DNA of 64,000 nucleotides from Dudresnaya verticillata. Lineage: Eukaryota. The DNA lies in the NCBI GenBank assembly GCA_977862235.1, contig OZ374563.1:1984001-2048000 (forward strand), given 5' to 3'. Positions 44,081 to 53,295 of the stretch are shown here, in pieces. Positions within the stretch are counted from its first letter, which is position 1. Each line of letters begins with the position of its first letter. The notes below the pieces were generated by a model. It made no database searches, had not been told where the DNA came from, and was given only the letters and a program-made list of their open reading frames with translations. The position numbers and the translations under genes were made by a program.

Positions 44081-47000
44081 TTACGGTGAGTGACGTGTTG
44101 GATTAGCACGTCGCCGTGGTTTACCCTTAGCGGATGTCCTTTTCTTTTGCTTCCAATACCGGTAGATGAAATTCTGCGGCAACTCCTCCGCGGGCTCAAA
44201 AGTGTCCTGGTCCGGAGGGTAACCATACCAGCGGACTTTATATGTCATCCCAGTAGGTTCGTCGCGGTGACCGACAATCTTGTCGATCACATATTCCGTA
44301 TCGGCTTGCAGTGGTTCCGTCGCGGAGGGGGTATTACCTTCAGAAGGAGGTACTACTGTAGTACCTTCCGGATGTGGCACTACTTCTCCGTAGACGGTTG
44401 ATGGCGTGACAGGCGGCACTGTTAAGGGTGCCGGCTGAACCGCAACTCCGATCGGAACCTTCGTAATGCGATCGATACTTACGGGGATCAATACCCCTTC
44501 CTTGCGGATTGTAACGACATATTCCGTTGCGGATTCCACTTCATAAGGCCCCGTGGCTCTCGGAAGGAGTTTCTTCATTTCCTGAGCCACTTCGCCCACA
44601 TCGTCCGGTTTGCCTTCCAATCGGTCCCGCTCACGGCGTTCGGCCGGCCGCAAGTTATGGGGCGGCCGGTCGACATAGACTTGATCTCCGCTTCGGATTA
44701 TGGGCCTAAAGCGCACCTTACGGTCAAACAGTGCCTTGGATTTTTGCTGAGCCACTGCCTGCTTCGTGCGCGCTGTCTGGAGCGCGTACCGTAAAAGGCG
44801 CATGGTGCTCCGCTTCTGTAGCACCGGGGTCATACGCCCTTCCGTAACGGTTTCTTGATGCTCGACAGGAGCCCCTCGTACAACAATGTCCGATGGGTGG
44901 CGTGTCAGCACCAAATCAAATGGCGTTGTTTCCGTAATACGGTGTACCTGCATGTTGTACGCATACGTCAACGGTTGCAGGTACAGATCCCAATCGGAGT
45001 GATGATCCTCAACGTAATGGCGCAAACGCTGAGCGATTGTCTTATAAAATCGCTCAGCTTGCCCATTTGTCTGCGGATGATAGGCAGCGGTGAGCAGGTG
45101 CCTGACTCCGAGTAAGGAACACACCGCGTCGAAGAACTTAGCAGTAAACTGCGATCCGTCATCGGTTAGGACAAATTGGGGTGCGCCGTAGGCGTACACC
45201 CAAAAGTCCAGAAAGGCGTTAGCCACCACAACGGCTGTTGTTGTCCGTAACGGAATACAGCGCGTCAGCTTAGAGAACCGATCGGTTATTACCAAGACGT
45301 AGACATAACCCCGTTTGGTCTTCGGAAGTGGCCCGAGAATGTCGATAGCGACAAACTCCAAAGGTCCGCTAGCGGGGAAAAGTTTCATAAACCTTTGATT
45401 CCGAAAGCGGGTTCCCTTTGTCTTCACGCAGGAGCGACATGTCCGAACGGATTCAAATACATCGTTGGCCATATGAGGCCAATAATAATCCTGTCGGAGT
45501 GTGTAATACATCTTAATTCCACCTGGGTGACCCGACATCAGGGTATAGTGGGATAAATACAATACCCGTCCACGGGGTTCGCTTGGCACCACCTTCTGTA
45601 GAGCGCCATCCAATTGGGACTTGCGTACCAAGAATCCGTTATGGTCATAGTCAAACTGTGATCCAGGGGAGCCTACCGTATCGGCTTTGAGACGACAGAA
45701 AGGGTCTCTGGCTTGCGCTTCGAGGAACTCCTCCCTGGTAATTGTCTCATCCTTAACGTCGGATTCTTGGATTACAGTAAACCGTGACGGTATTGCGTCG
45801 GGCTTGTCAGGGGAGGCGGATGCGCTCCCACTGGCGGGCTCCACGGCGCATATTACGTTATTTTCCGTAGCGGTTTCTTGTGATGTAGCCCAATCGGTTA
45901 AATAAACTCCATGCTCATATAATCCGTCGACGGTATTTTCGGCGATAAAGCAGGGTATCTCTTCATCCAAAGGTCTATCGTCACCGCCATCCGTTCGGAG
46001 TCGCGACATCCCATCGGCGAGTTGATGCTTAATTCCAGGACGGTATTGCACCTCAAATTCAAATTCCGATAGGCGAAGCCTCCACCTGGCTAGGCGGCCA
46101 GATGAGTCTGCGAGGTTCAGGATCCACCGCAGGGCATCGTGATCCGTTCGGAGAATAAACTTATCACCGTAAAGGTAGGGTCGGAGTGTTAACATGCTCC
46201 AGACCACGGCTAAGCATTCCTTTTCGGTTGTCGTATAATTTTTCTCCGCATCGGTGAGGCTTCGGCTCCAGTATCCAATGGGGAGGTGATCGCCATTCGG
46301 TTGTTCCTGCAGAAGGACACAGCCGACTTGGTGGTCACATGCGTCAGTGTCCAACGTATATTTATATCCGTGACGGGGTAGAGCCAATATAGGTGGAGAG
46401 ATAAGGCGTCTCTTCAGTTCCTCGAAGGCTTCATATTCCGTATCGGATAATATTCCAAACTCAAAGGGTGAGCCCTTGCCGGTTTTCTTATTTAGCGGCG
46501 CTGAAATCCGAGCGAAGTTGGGTACAGAGCGACGATACACGTTGCACATTCCCAAGAAGGATCGCAATTCCGTTTGGTTTGTCGGCGGCTTCGCGACCTT
46601 GACGGATTGGATATTTCTATTATCCACTTCTAATTTTCCGGGACGGATAACATGCCCCAGGTATTGTACAGACGCGTTGAAGAAGTCACACTTTGACAAT
46701 TTCAACGTTACCCCAGCGGATCGTAAAAGCGTAAGGACTTCCTTCAGGTGGTGGAAATGTTCCGTAACGGTTTTTGAGTAGACAATTACATCGTCTAGGT
46801 AGACGAGGGCATATTGCCATTTAACCGTAGAAAGGATTATATCCACTGCCCGTTGGAAGGTTGCCGGTGCATTTTTCAATCCGAATGGCATTCTCCGAAA
46901 ACGGTATAAGCCAAAATGGCTAGTGAAGGTAGCTTTGTCCCTTTCCTCTTCCGGAATCTCGACTTGCCAATATCCGCTATTGCAATCCAGGGTGGTAAAT

Positions 47001-50000
47001 ACAGTAGCTTCCCCAAGGGAATCTATGCACTCATCCATCCTGGGCAAGGGATATGAGTCCCTAACCGTTACGGAATTGAGCCTTCTATAGTCAACAGAGA
47101 ACCGCATGGTGCCGTCCTTTTTTGGAACGAAAACCACGGGGCTGGCCCACTCCGATGAGGCTGGTTCAATTACCTTAGCGGAAAGCATGCGATCGATCTC
47201 TGTCTTTTCGAGATCTCGTTGCTTATGTCCGGCACGGTATGGGGCTTGATATACTGGCTTAGCTCCGGGAGTTAACTCGATGCGGTGCTTGGCAGCTGTA
47301 ATGTTGCCAAGATCGCCACTCCACATCGACTTATATTCCTCGAGTAGGGTTAAAATCCGTTTACGGAGCGATGCTTCTTCTGTGCCGATCTGGACTTGAT
47401 CCTTCCAGTCGGTAGTATTTGTATTTTCCGTTACGGGTCTGCTTACTTCCTTGTCGTGAGGGGAGATGCTGCTGACCTTTTCGGAGGTAGGGTTAGAATT
47501 AAATGATTGAATAATTCCTCCCCCCTCCTTAAATGGAGGTATACCGTCAACGGTAAAAATAGCAGAGGGGGCAGCAGTAGCGAGGCCCACGACAGTAGAT
47601 TTGGACAACCGTACCGGCTTGTTAGAAAAATTAGAGACCCAGATCCGAAACGGTTTGTTAGGTACAACATCCATAATACCATTAGCCATTAACGTAAGGT
47701 GCTTAAAAGCCGGCTTAGGATGATTTTGTAGAAAGCATAACCCACCCGTGGGGGTATTAACCGTTACGGTGGTTTGAGTCATAGGGGGAATAAGGGTAGA
47801 TTTGGCTGAACGAATTTTCTGAGAAACCGTAGCGGTAGAGAGAGGTGAGGGCTGTAGGGTTGCAGTGGTTCCCGTCTTCGGAATTTTGGCTTGACCAACA
47901 AGGGATACCGGTGGGTAATGATGAAAAACAACTTTCCGTAACGGAGGGAGTATTGCCTTCACGTAGCGGTCGATGAAGGTAGTTCCCAAAATACAGGGAG
48001 CCGCCAAGTTCGCGACCACTAGAAACTGGACGCGAGCACGGAGCTCTCCGATACGGACGAAAGGTTGGATCTGACCAAGAGGGCGTATAGCGCGATTAGA
48101 CGCATCCCGTAATGGAGGACTGGCTGCTGGGCGTATGAGTGGGAGCCATTGGCGCGGAAGGCGCCTGGCACTAATGAGATTGGGCCCAGCGCCAGAGTCC
48201 AAGACGGAGATTAAAGGAAGCATCACGCTATCTGTCCGTCCCACGGTAATTTGCATCTTGTAATTTTGATGTTGCATAAAGCAGATAGTATCATTGGTCT
48301 GATAAGCCAATGGGAGTTCCGTAACGGTATCTCGCCGATCCCCTGGCAGGTCCACACTCGAGAGAGGTGGAACGCCGTGAGGCGGGGATGGCGGCGCCCT
48401 TACGCATCCCCCCTTGAGTTCCGAATTCAAGGTTGCACCAGTCGGATCAGCCTCCATGGGCTCGCGCAATTCTGCAAGTTCCACTCCGTCATGGTCCTCC
48501 ACCGATAGTATCGGGGCATTCCGTTGTGGAGGGGGCGTTTGCGGTCTGCCCCGATTCACTTGCGGAGTCGAACTGGTTTCTACTACGAACCTGCGACCTA
48601 CAGGGTAGTGCTTCTGGAAGTTGCGCTCGCGCTCTTCCATAAGCCTAACCCGATCGGAGTCATGTATCCAGGGACAAACAACGTGCTCTGGCGAAAGGCA
48701 GATGCGACAGTTACCACTTCCGTAAAGGCGTCGGACCCGAGGATCCGACTCATCCCGTAGCGGAGGTGCTGGTTGCTGCTGTCCTCGCCCATCGTGGGTA
48801 TTATTTCCGTAACGGTGACTCGGCTGCTGTTGGGGGCCAGGAGCCGGGCGAGATCCACCATAGGGGGGACCTTGCGCGCGTGGCATCCTGGGCGGAGTAG
48901 GGTGGACGCTTTGCGGGGGCGATGAGTACGGGGTAGAAAAGGTAACCCCCGTGCTCGTTCCCGTAGCGGCACCGTGGCCTCCCTCGACGGCTAGCACTTG
49001 ATTATCCGTAGGGGAAAGATTCCCTTGTGGCTCATAGTGTACATCCGATACGGAATCCAGCGACAACACCTTAGACGGGCGCGCTTTAGTGCGCCCATCA
49101 AAGACGTGAGCCGGAATGGTTTGGCGTCTAGCTGCCCGATGGGACTGACCCAGGCCCGTCGCATAGCGAGTGATGGCCCGATAATCCAACTGGGAATGCG
49201 TCGCTAGATAATTTCTCATCTGTTGACGAGTACCCGGTAGGAGTCCTTCAACGAACAGTGACTTCAATGCCCGATCGGAAAATACTGTACCGCAACGGAG
49301 AGCCTTGGCCCAGAGCTGGTTTGAGAACTGCTCTTCCGTCATGGCGGATGTTTGCCTGAAGTTGCTGACATCCGTATAGGCTTCAGCAATCACTTCATCC
49401 GTAGCGTAGGTTCTCAATAAAAAGTTCACCACCTCGGAATATGTGCGGAGCATCTCGGCCTGCTCCACGTCAACCGCCATGGTACCTCCAGCAAGCCTAG
49501 CCTGTAGAAGGGCTTCGGCCTGTCCTTTAAGGAAAAACTGGAAGCACCAGACGGCAACCCCTTCGGCGATGCCGTTGATGTTACAACCGTCACGGAACGT
49601 GGCGAGAAATCCCAAGACGGTAATAGGGTCCGTCCCATCGAATGTATGGGACGACATCTGGACGTCGAGTTTCTTCCGTATACGGCTCATGTTCTGTGAG
49701 AACCTAGAGCCGTATGTCTTACTCCTCTTATCAAATCGGTAGGTGCGGTAGTCCAGCGCCTTGACAAACTTGTCATGTAGCGGCCGGATTACCTTCACCT
49801 TTCCGGATTTGGCACCGTGTTTTCTGGCCCGGTGCCTGTTCTCTCTATCCGTCACGGAAGAACTCTCTGAGTCTGAATCCGTAGAGGTAGAGGAGTTATG
49901 CCTTTTTTCGCGTTTCCGCGATCTTCTGTTTCTCCTCTTGCGGCGGCGGTGTTGGCTATCCTCTGAGCTGCTCTCATTGGATTCCGTACCGGATTGGTGG

Positions 50001-50878
50001 CGTCGTCGCTGGGTGTGGTCGCCCATGTGCGACCGACGGGGAGGGTCAGAGCGGGAGTGTCGGGCATCTCGTTTATGCCGACCTCGACCGGTCCTCCGAC
50101 TCGGATGGGGTGAGCTGAACGCATCGCTGAGATGGTCGCTGCCTCCACCTGATCGAACCGGAACGGTATAGCGCTCTTGCTGATAGCGCCCTGGCGTAGG
50201 CACATCTACGTGTCCAGGCGAATACCATGACGGTGGCTGAGTGTGTGTTGGTCCCGTAGGGGCGTATTGACGTTGAGAATTCGTTACGGGAGCCGGTGGC
50301 AGTGGCCCAGAGGGTACTGTGCCCGGCGGCAATCCCATAACGGGGGGTTTTTGCGGCTGCTGCGTTCTTCCCTCGACCGGGAATTCATTCCGTAACGGTG
50401 GTTGCTCAGTGAAAGCTTGCGTAGCGGGAGGCCTTGCCATGCCGGGAGCAATCTGGCTCTCGAGCTCGGCGGCCACCTTTTCCTGTAGGATCAAAGCTTG
50501 CACTATCCGAGGAAGGTGCTGCTCCAGATAGGAATTAACCAAAGACGGAACAGTTTCCGAAAGGGATATCTCCACTTCTTTTACCATTCCAGGTTGTACT
50601 TCCAATCGGAGATGCTCTAACACCCTAGGAAGGACCTCCGACAGGACCCAGTGGACCCGATGGGATTCCGGCTTGGGTTGCGGAGCAGCCTTCTTAGAGG
50701 CGTCTGATCCGACACGGGAACGGGGAGCTTTACCAGCAGCACCCTTTAGGATGTCTTCTGGGTTTTCCACTCCGGAACGGATTTCACCTCCTTCACTGCG
50801 CAAACTGCGCGCAGCGGGGGTAGTGTCACCCGCTTTAGGTTCCATAACGGGAGGGTCTGCATGTTCTTCGTTTTGCAT
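44081..50878 (-). CDS. gag-pol: Element F gag-pol single ORF (2265 aa): gag, PR, dUTPase-like segment, RT, RNase H, IN, chromodomain
   Basis: LDYRTYRF, FDGTDP, LDSGAGPN, YLDD, DTDAC, HHCC, DDE, GPY and EYVIDKIV...YKVRWYGY...DTFEP. Confidence 0.96.
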   Translation of the reverse strand: MQNEEHADPPVMEPKAGDTTPAARSLRSEGGEIRSGVENPEDILKGAAGKAPRSRVGSDASKKAAPQPKPESHRVHWVLSEVLPRVLEHLRLEVQPGMVKEVEISLSETVPSLVNSYLEQHLPRIVQALILQEKVAAELESQIAPGMARPPATQAFTEQPPLRNEFPVEGRTQQPQKPPVMGLPPGTVPSGPLPPAPVTNSQRQYAPTGPTHTQPPSWYSPGHVDVPTPGRYQQERYTVPVRSGGGSDHLSDAFSSPHPSRRTGRGRHKRDARHSRSDPPRRSHMGDHTQRRRHQSGTESNESSSEDSQHRRRKRRNRRSRKREKRHNSSTSTDSDSESSSVTDRENRHRARKHGAKSGKVKVIRPLHDKFVKALDYRTYRFDKRSKTYGSRFSQNMSRIRKKLDVQMSSHTFDGTDPITVLGFLATFRDGCNINGIAEGVAVWCFQFFLKGQAEALLQARLAGGTMAVDVEQAEMLRTYSEVVNFLLRTYATDEVIAEAYTDVSNFRQTSAMTEEQFSNQLWAKALRCGTVFSDRALKSLFVEGLLPGTRQQMRNYLATHSQLDYRAITRYATGLGQSHRAARRQTIPAHVFDGRTKARPSKVLSLDSVSDVHYEPQGNLSPTDNQVLAVEGGHGAATGTSTGVTFSTPYSSPPQSVHPTPPRMPRAQGPPYGGSRPAPGPQQQPSHRYGNNTHDGRGQQQPAPPLRDESDPRVRRLYGSGNCRICLSPEHVVCPWIHDSDRVRLMEERERNFQKHYPVGRRFVVETSSTPQVNRGRPQTPPPQRNAPILSVEDHDGVELAELREPMEADPTGATLNSELKGGCVRAPPSPPHGVPPLSSVDLPGDRRDTVTELPLAYQTNDTICFMQHQNYKMQITVGRTDSVMLPLISVLDSGAGPNLISARRLPRQWLPLIRPAASPPLRDASNRAIRPLGQIQPFVRIGELRARVQFLVVANLAAPCILGTTFIDRYVKAILPPLRKVVFHHYPPVSLVGQAKIPKTGTTATLQPSPLSTATVSQKIRSAKSTLIPPMTQTTVTVNTPTGGLCFLQNHPKPAFKHLTLMANGIMDVVPNKPFRIWVSNFSNKPVRLSKSTVVGLATAAPSAIFTVDGIPPFKEGGGIIQSFNSNPTSEKVSSISPHDKEVSRPVTENTNTTDWKDQVQIGTEEASLRKRILTLLEEYKSMWSGDLGNITAAKHRIELTPGAKPVYQAPYRAGHKQRDLEKTEIDRMLSAKVIEPASSEWASPVVFVPKKDGTMRFSVDYRRLNSVTVRDSYPLPRMDECIDSLGEATVFTTLDCNSGYWQVEIPEEERDKATFTSHFGLYRFRRMPFGLKNAPATFQRAVDIILSTVKWQYALVYLDDVIVYSKTVTEHFHHLKEVLTLLRSAGVTLKLSKCDFFNASVQYLGHVIRPGKLEVDNRNIQSVKVAKPPTNQTELRSFLGMCNVYRRSVPNFARISAPLNKKTGKGSPFEFGILSDTEYEAFEELKRRLISPPILALPRHGYKYTLDTDACDHQVGCVLLQEQPNGDHLPIGYWSRSLTDAEKNYTTTEKECLAVVWSMLTLRPYLYGDKFILRTDHDALRWILNLADSSGRLARWRLRLSEFEFEVQYRPGIKHQLADGMSRLRTDGGDDRPLDEEIPCFIAENTVDGLYEHGVYLTDWATSQETATENNVICAVEPASGSASASPDKPDAIPSRFTVIQESDVKDETITREEFLEAQARDPFCRLKADTVGSPGSQFDYDHNGFLVRKSQLDGALQKVVPSEPRGRVLYLSHYTLMSGHPGGIKMYYTLRQDYYWPHMANDVFESVRTCRSCVKTKGTRFRNQRFMKLFPASGPLEFVAIDILGPLPKTKRGYVYVLVITDRFSKLTRCIPLRTTTAVVVANAFLDFWVYAYGAPQFVLTDDGSQFTAKFFDAVCSLLGVRHLLTAAYHPQTNGQAERFYKTIAQRLRHYVEDHHSDWDLYLQPLTYAYNMQVHRITETTPFDLVLTRHPSDIVVRGAPVEHQETVTEGRMTPVLQKRSTMRLLRYALQTARTKQAVAQQKSKALFDRKVRFRPIIRSGDQVYVDRPPHNLRPAERRERDRLEGKPDDVGEVAQEMKKLLPRATGPYEVESATEYVVTIRKEGVLIPVSIDRITKVPIGVAVQPAPLTVPPVTPSTVYGEVVPHPEGTTVVPPSEGNTPSATEPLQADTEYVIDKIVGHRDEPTGMTYKVRWYGYPPDQDTFEPAEELPQNFIYRYWKQKKRTSAKGKPRRRANPTRHSP

Positions 50879-51026
50879 GATGCCTTAACGGAACACAACG
50901 GTTGTTCTTGCTTGTCTATCCAATATTCCGTAACGGGTTGTCGGTACAGCCGAATTCCTACCGTAGCGGATTTCGACGGCTGTTTCTTCCAACCGTGACG
51001 GTGTTCTAGGTCGGGAGACCAAAAGA

Positions 51027-51701
51027 TGTGGTGTAGTGAAAACCCACGAACTCCGAGACGGACAGCTGGCCTGACTTTCCTTAACGGACGAGAGCAACAC
51101 TACCTCCACGGGGTGGTAGAGCAGTTCTCACCGTAACGGGAGAACAGCTAGCGGCTAACCGAGACGGATATTGGGAAGCAACAGACAAGGGGGTGGTACA
51201 AGTGCCAGGACGGACTCCGTAACGGTGGTGGTCGTAGACCGCAACGGGCTCGGCGCGGGGAAAACCGCAAAGGATTGGGCTAAGGTTGCTTACCCGTTTA
51301 CCTTAGGAGCCGCTGCGGTGCCGCCCTGATATACAAGTCAGGGTGGCACCGAGCGGTCCGGTCCGTGGGGGCCAGACCCTAGTGGTCTGGACCCATGGTG
51401 GAATCGGCCCTGCTGGTCCCAGTCTCCGACACGGACATGCGCAGCATTCTCATTGGCTGGCGCACTACTCTACATACTGTACAGATACTCACTAAAAATA
51501 AAGAATAAACACTACAAATACTCCGGTATGGTTGGTGCGCTTCACTGCTGTACAGCAATGCGTACCGGCGTACAGCAATGCGCACCACATCCGACACGGT
51601 TACACGTTGCCAGATCATCAGCGTGGCGTATTGCCACATCACCCGTTACGGTTGGCTCGCCGTCGGTGGGCCGCATGCGCGCCACGGCTCACTTCACCAC
51701 A
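51027..51701 (-). repeat. Element F 5' LTR
   Basis: Direct repeat of 40325-40999; PBS is 5 nt inside. Confidence 0.97.
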
Positions 51702-51848
51702 ACTTCTCGTCGACGACGTCCCAGTCGCAACCGTAACGATACACCGGCTTTGGCCCGAACAATCTGGCGCGACGCCAATGCAAATTGGAAACTGCGTCAC
51801 CGAAGCGGCTCAGACCTCGCGGGGCTCTCGGTCTTACGAGGGGGGCCG

Positions 51849-52448
51849 TGTGGCATAACGGCGATTTGCGCCAAGTGGGCGCTCGACGCTGTAAGGCGTA
51901 ACGGGCCAATGCCCTGTAAGGCGCTGGCATTGCTGGACTGCGCCATGATGCGACACGTGATTGGCGTCTGGCGCGAAATCATCTGCGCCTCAGACGCACA
52001 ATTGGCGCCTGATCATTGGTGCGGCGTTGGGATATTTCCCGATTACACGCCGCCACAGGGGTGTAGATCCGCCTCCCATTGCTCAATGTCATTCGTGTAC
52101 AGTACACTGTAGTAGTTAGTATTAGCACGGGCACAAGCCCTATTTATTGGTCCCGTGAATAGCAGGGCACCCCTGATTGAACCCCACGGGGAGTTTCTCG
52201 GTCTTGACCATTTTCTGGATTCCGGGCGCTTCCCGTTCCCGTTTTGGACGCCAAATACAGGCTCGTCACCGTACGGCAGGTTCCCTGCGGAATACCGGGT
52301 CGCGTCCCCCTTTTCCTTTTCCTTTTTCCTGGCCTAGCGCCATTCTACCAAAGCCTCTACCACACCCGAGCTACCCGTGAGCACGACGGTTCCGGAAAGG
52401 TGTCCTTTGTTCTTTTTGCTCTTCCTGGGCTGGACCCGTTGTGCTACA
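51849..52448 (+). repeat. Element E 3' LTR
   Basis: Preceded by PPT GAGGGGGGCCG and followed by TSD CACCG. Confidence 0.96.
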
Positions 52449-52453
52449 CACCG

Positions 52454-52835
52454 TAGGAAGACCAGAAAATGGGTACAGCGCAAAGTACACACCGCTGCCG
52501 GTTTAGTGCGGGGCCCCTGCTACTCAGGGGTCCAATAAATACGGCGGGAAGCCGGAAATGCTACCCACTCGCAGTTAGAGTTATAATACTGACAGTTACC
52601 TAATACTGTACACTAATGGTGGATTACAATCCAATGATAGGAATGAGTGGTAGTACCACTACGAGGTACCGGCGCGCTGCTGTCTGGCGCGCAATGCCAA
52701 AAATATGGGTGACCAGGATTAATCAACCAATGATACTCAGCCATCTCAACCATCGCACCCTCCGGCGCCTCACGCCTTACAGGCGTCGTCTGTACACGTG
52801 TGTGCTTACAGCGTTCGGGCGCTCATTATTCCACA
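52454..52835 (-). repeat. Remainder of the element D 5' LTR
   Basis: Resembles the reverse complement of the E LTR (CCCTGCTA.TCAGGGG.CCAATAAATA; CCTTACAG; GCTTACAGCG); ends TTCCACA at 52835. Confidence 0.75.
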
Positions 52836-53295
52836 AGAAGAGAGTCTTTATCAGTCGTCGCTCACTCGAGGGCGGCGGTATCGATTCACGAGGTAAAACA
52901 AGACTTGTTTCAGAGCTAAACTCGCACAACGGGGAGACTTGTTTGCCGGCCTCTGTCATCATCGCAAGAGTAGTTGATGCTAGAACTGAACCAATTATAG
53001 CTGAAATAACTATGAAATAACCACCATTCCAGGCTGCCGTCCAAATTCGTGCCACTACAATGGGAGCTGAGTAGTTTTGTTTTAGCTTTCCAGACTTTGA
53101 AGATGACAATACAACCGTGAAGCAAATAAAGTTCCCCTTCCTCTCTTCTACTTACAGAGTCAAAGCTAGTAACATGTTTTAGCTAGACAAGCGTTATAAT
53201 ACGGTTGCCCTGAAACTCTACAATTAAATTAATGGACAGTAATAGTTCCCCGTTGGCGTATGACGGGACTGCGGCACCCCCACCCTCACCGTCCT

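Larger units (their letters stand above)
40325..51701 (-). mobile_element. Element F: full-length Ty3/Gypsy chromovirus-like element with antisense ORF, nested in E
   Basis: 675-bp LTRs at 40325-40999 and 51027-51701 (TGTGGTG...CACCACA, ~7 mismatches). TSD ACTTC at 40320-40324 and 51702-51706. PBS 51004-51021, PPT 41000-41017. Confidence 0.97.
28537..52448 (+). mobile_element. Element E: full-length Ty3/Gypsy chromovirus-like element with antisense ORF, interrupted by F
   Basis: 600-bp LTRs at 28537-29136 and 51849-52448 (~6 mismatches). TSD CACCG at 28532-28536 and 52449-52453. PBS 29138-29155, PPT 51838-51848. Confidence 0.96.

Noticed and set aside
52777..53109. 110-aa ORF with a hydrophobic stretch
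   Set aside because: Short, non-ATG start, runs into the D LTR and has no recognisable family.
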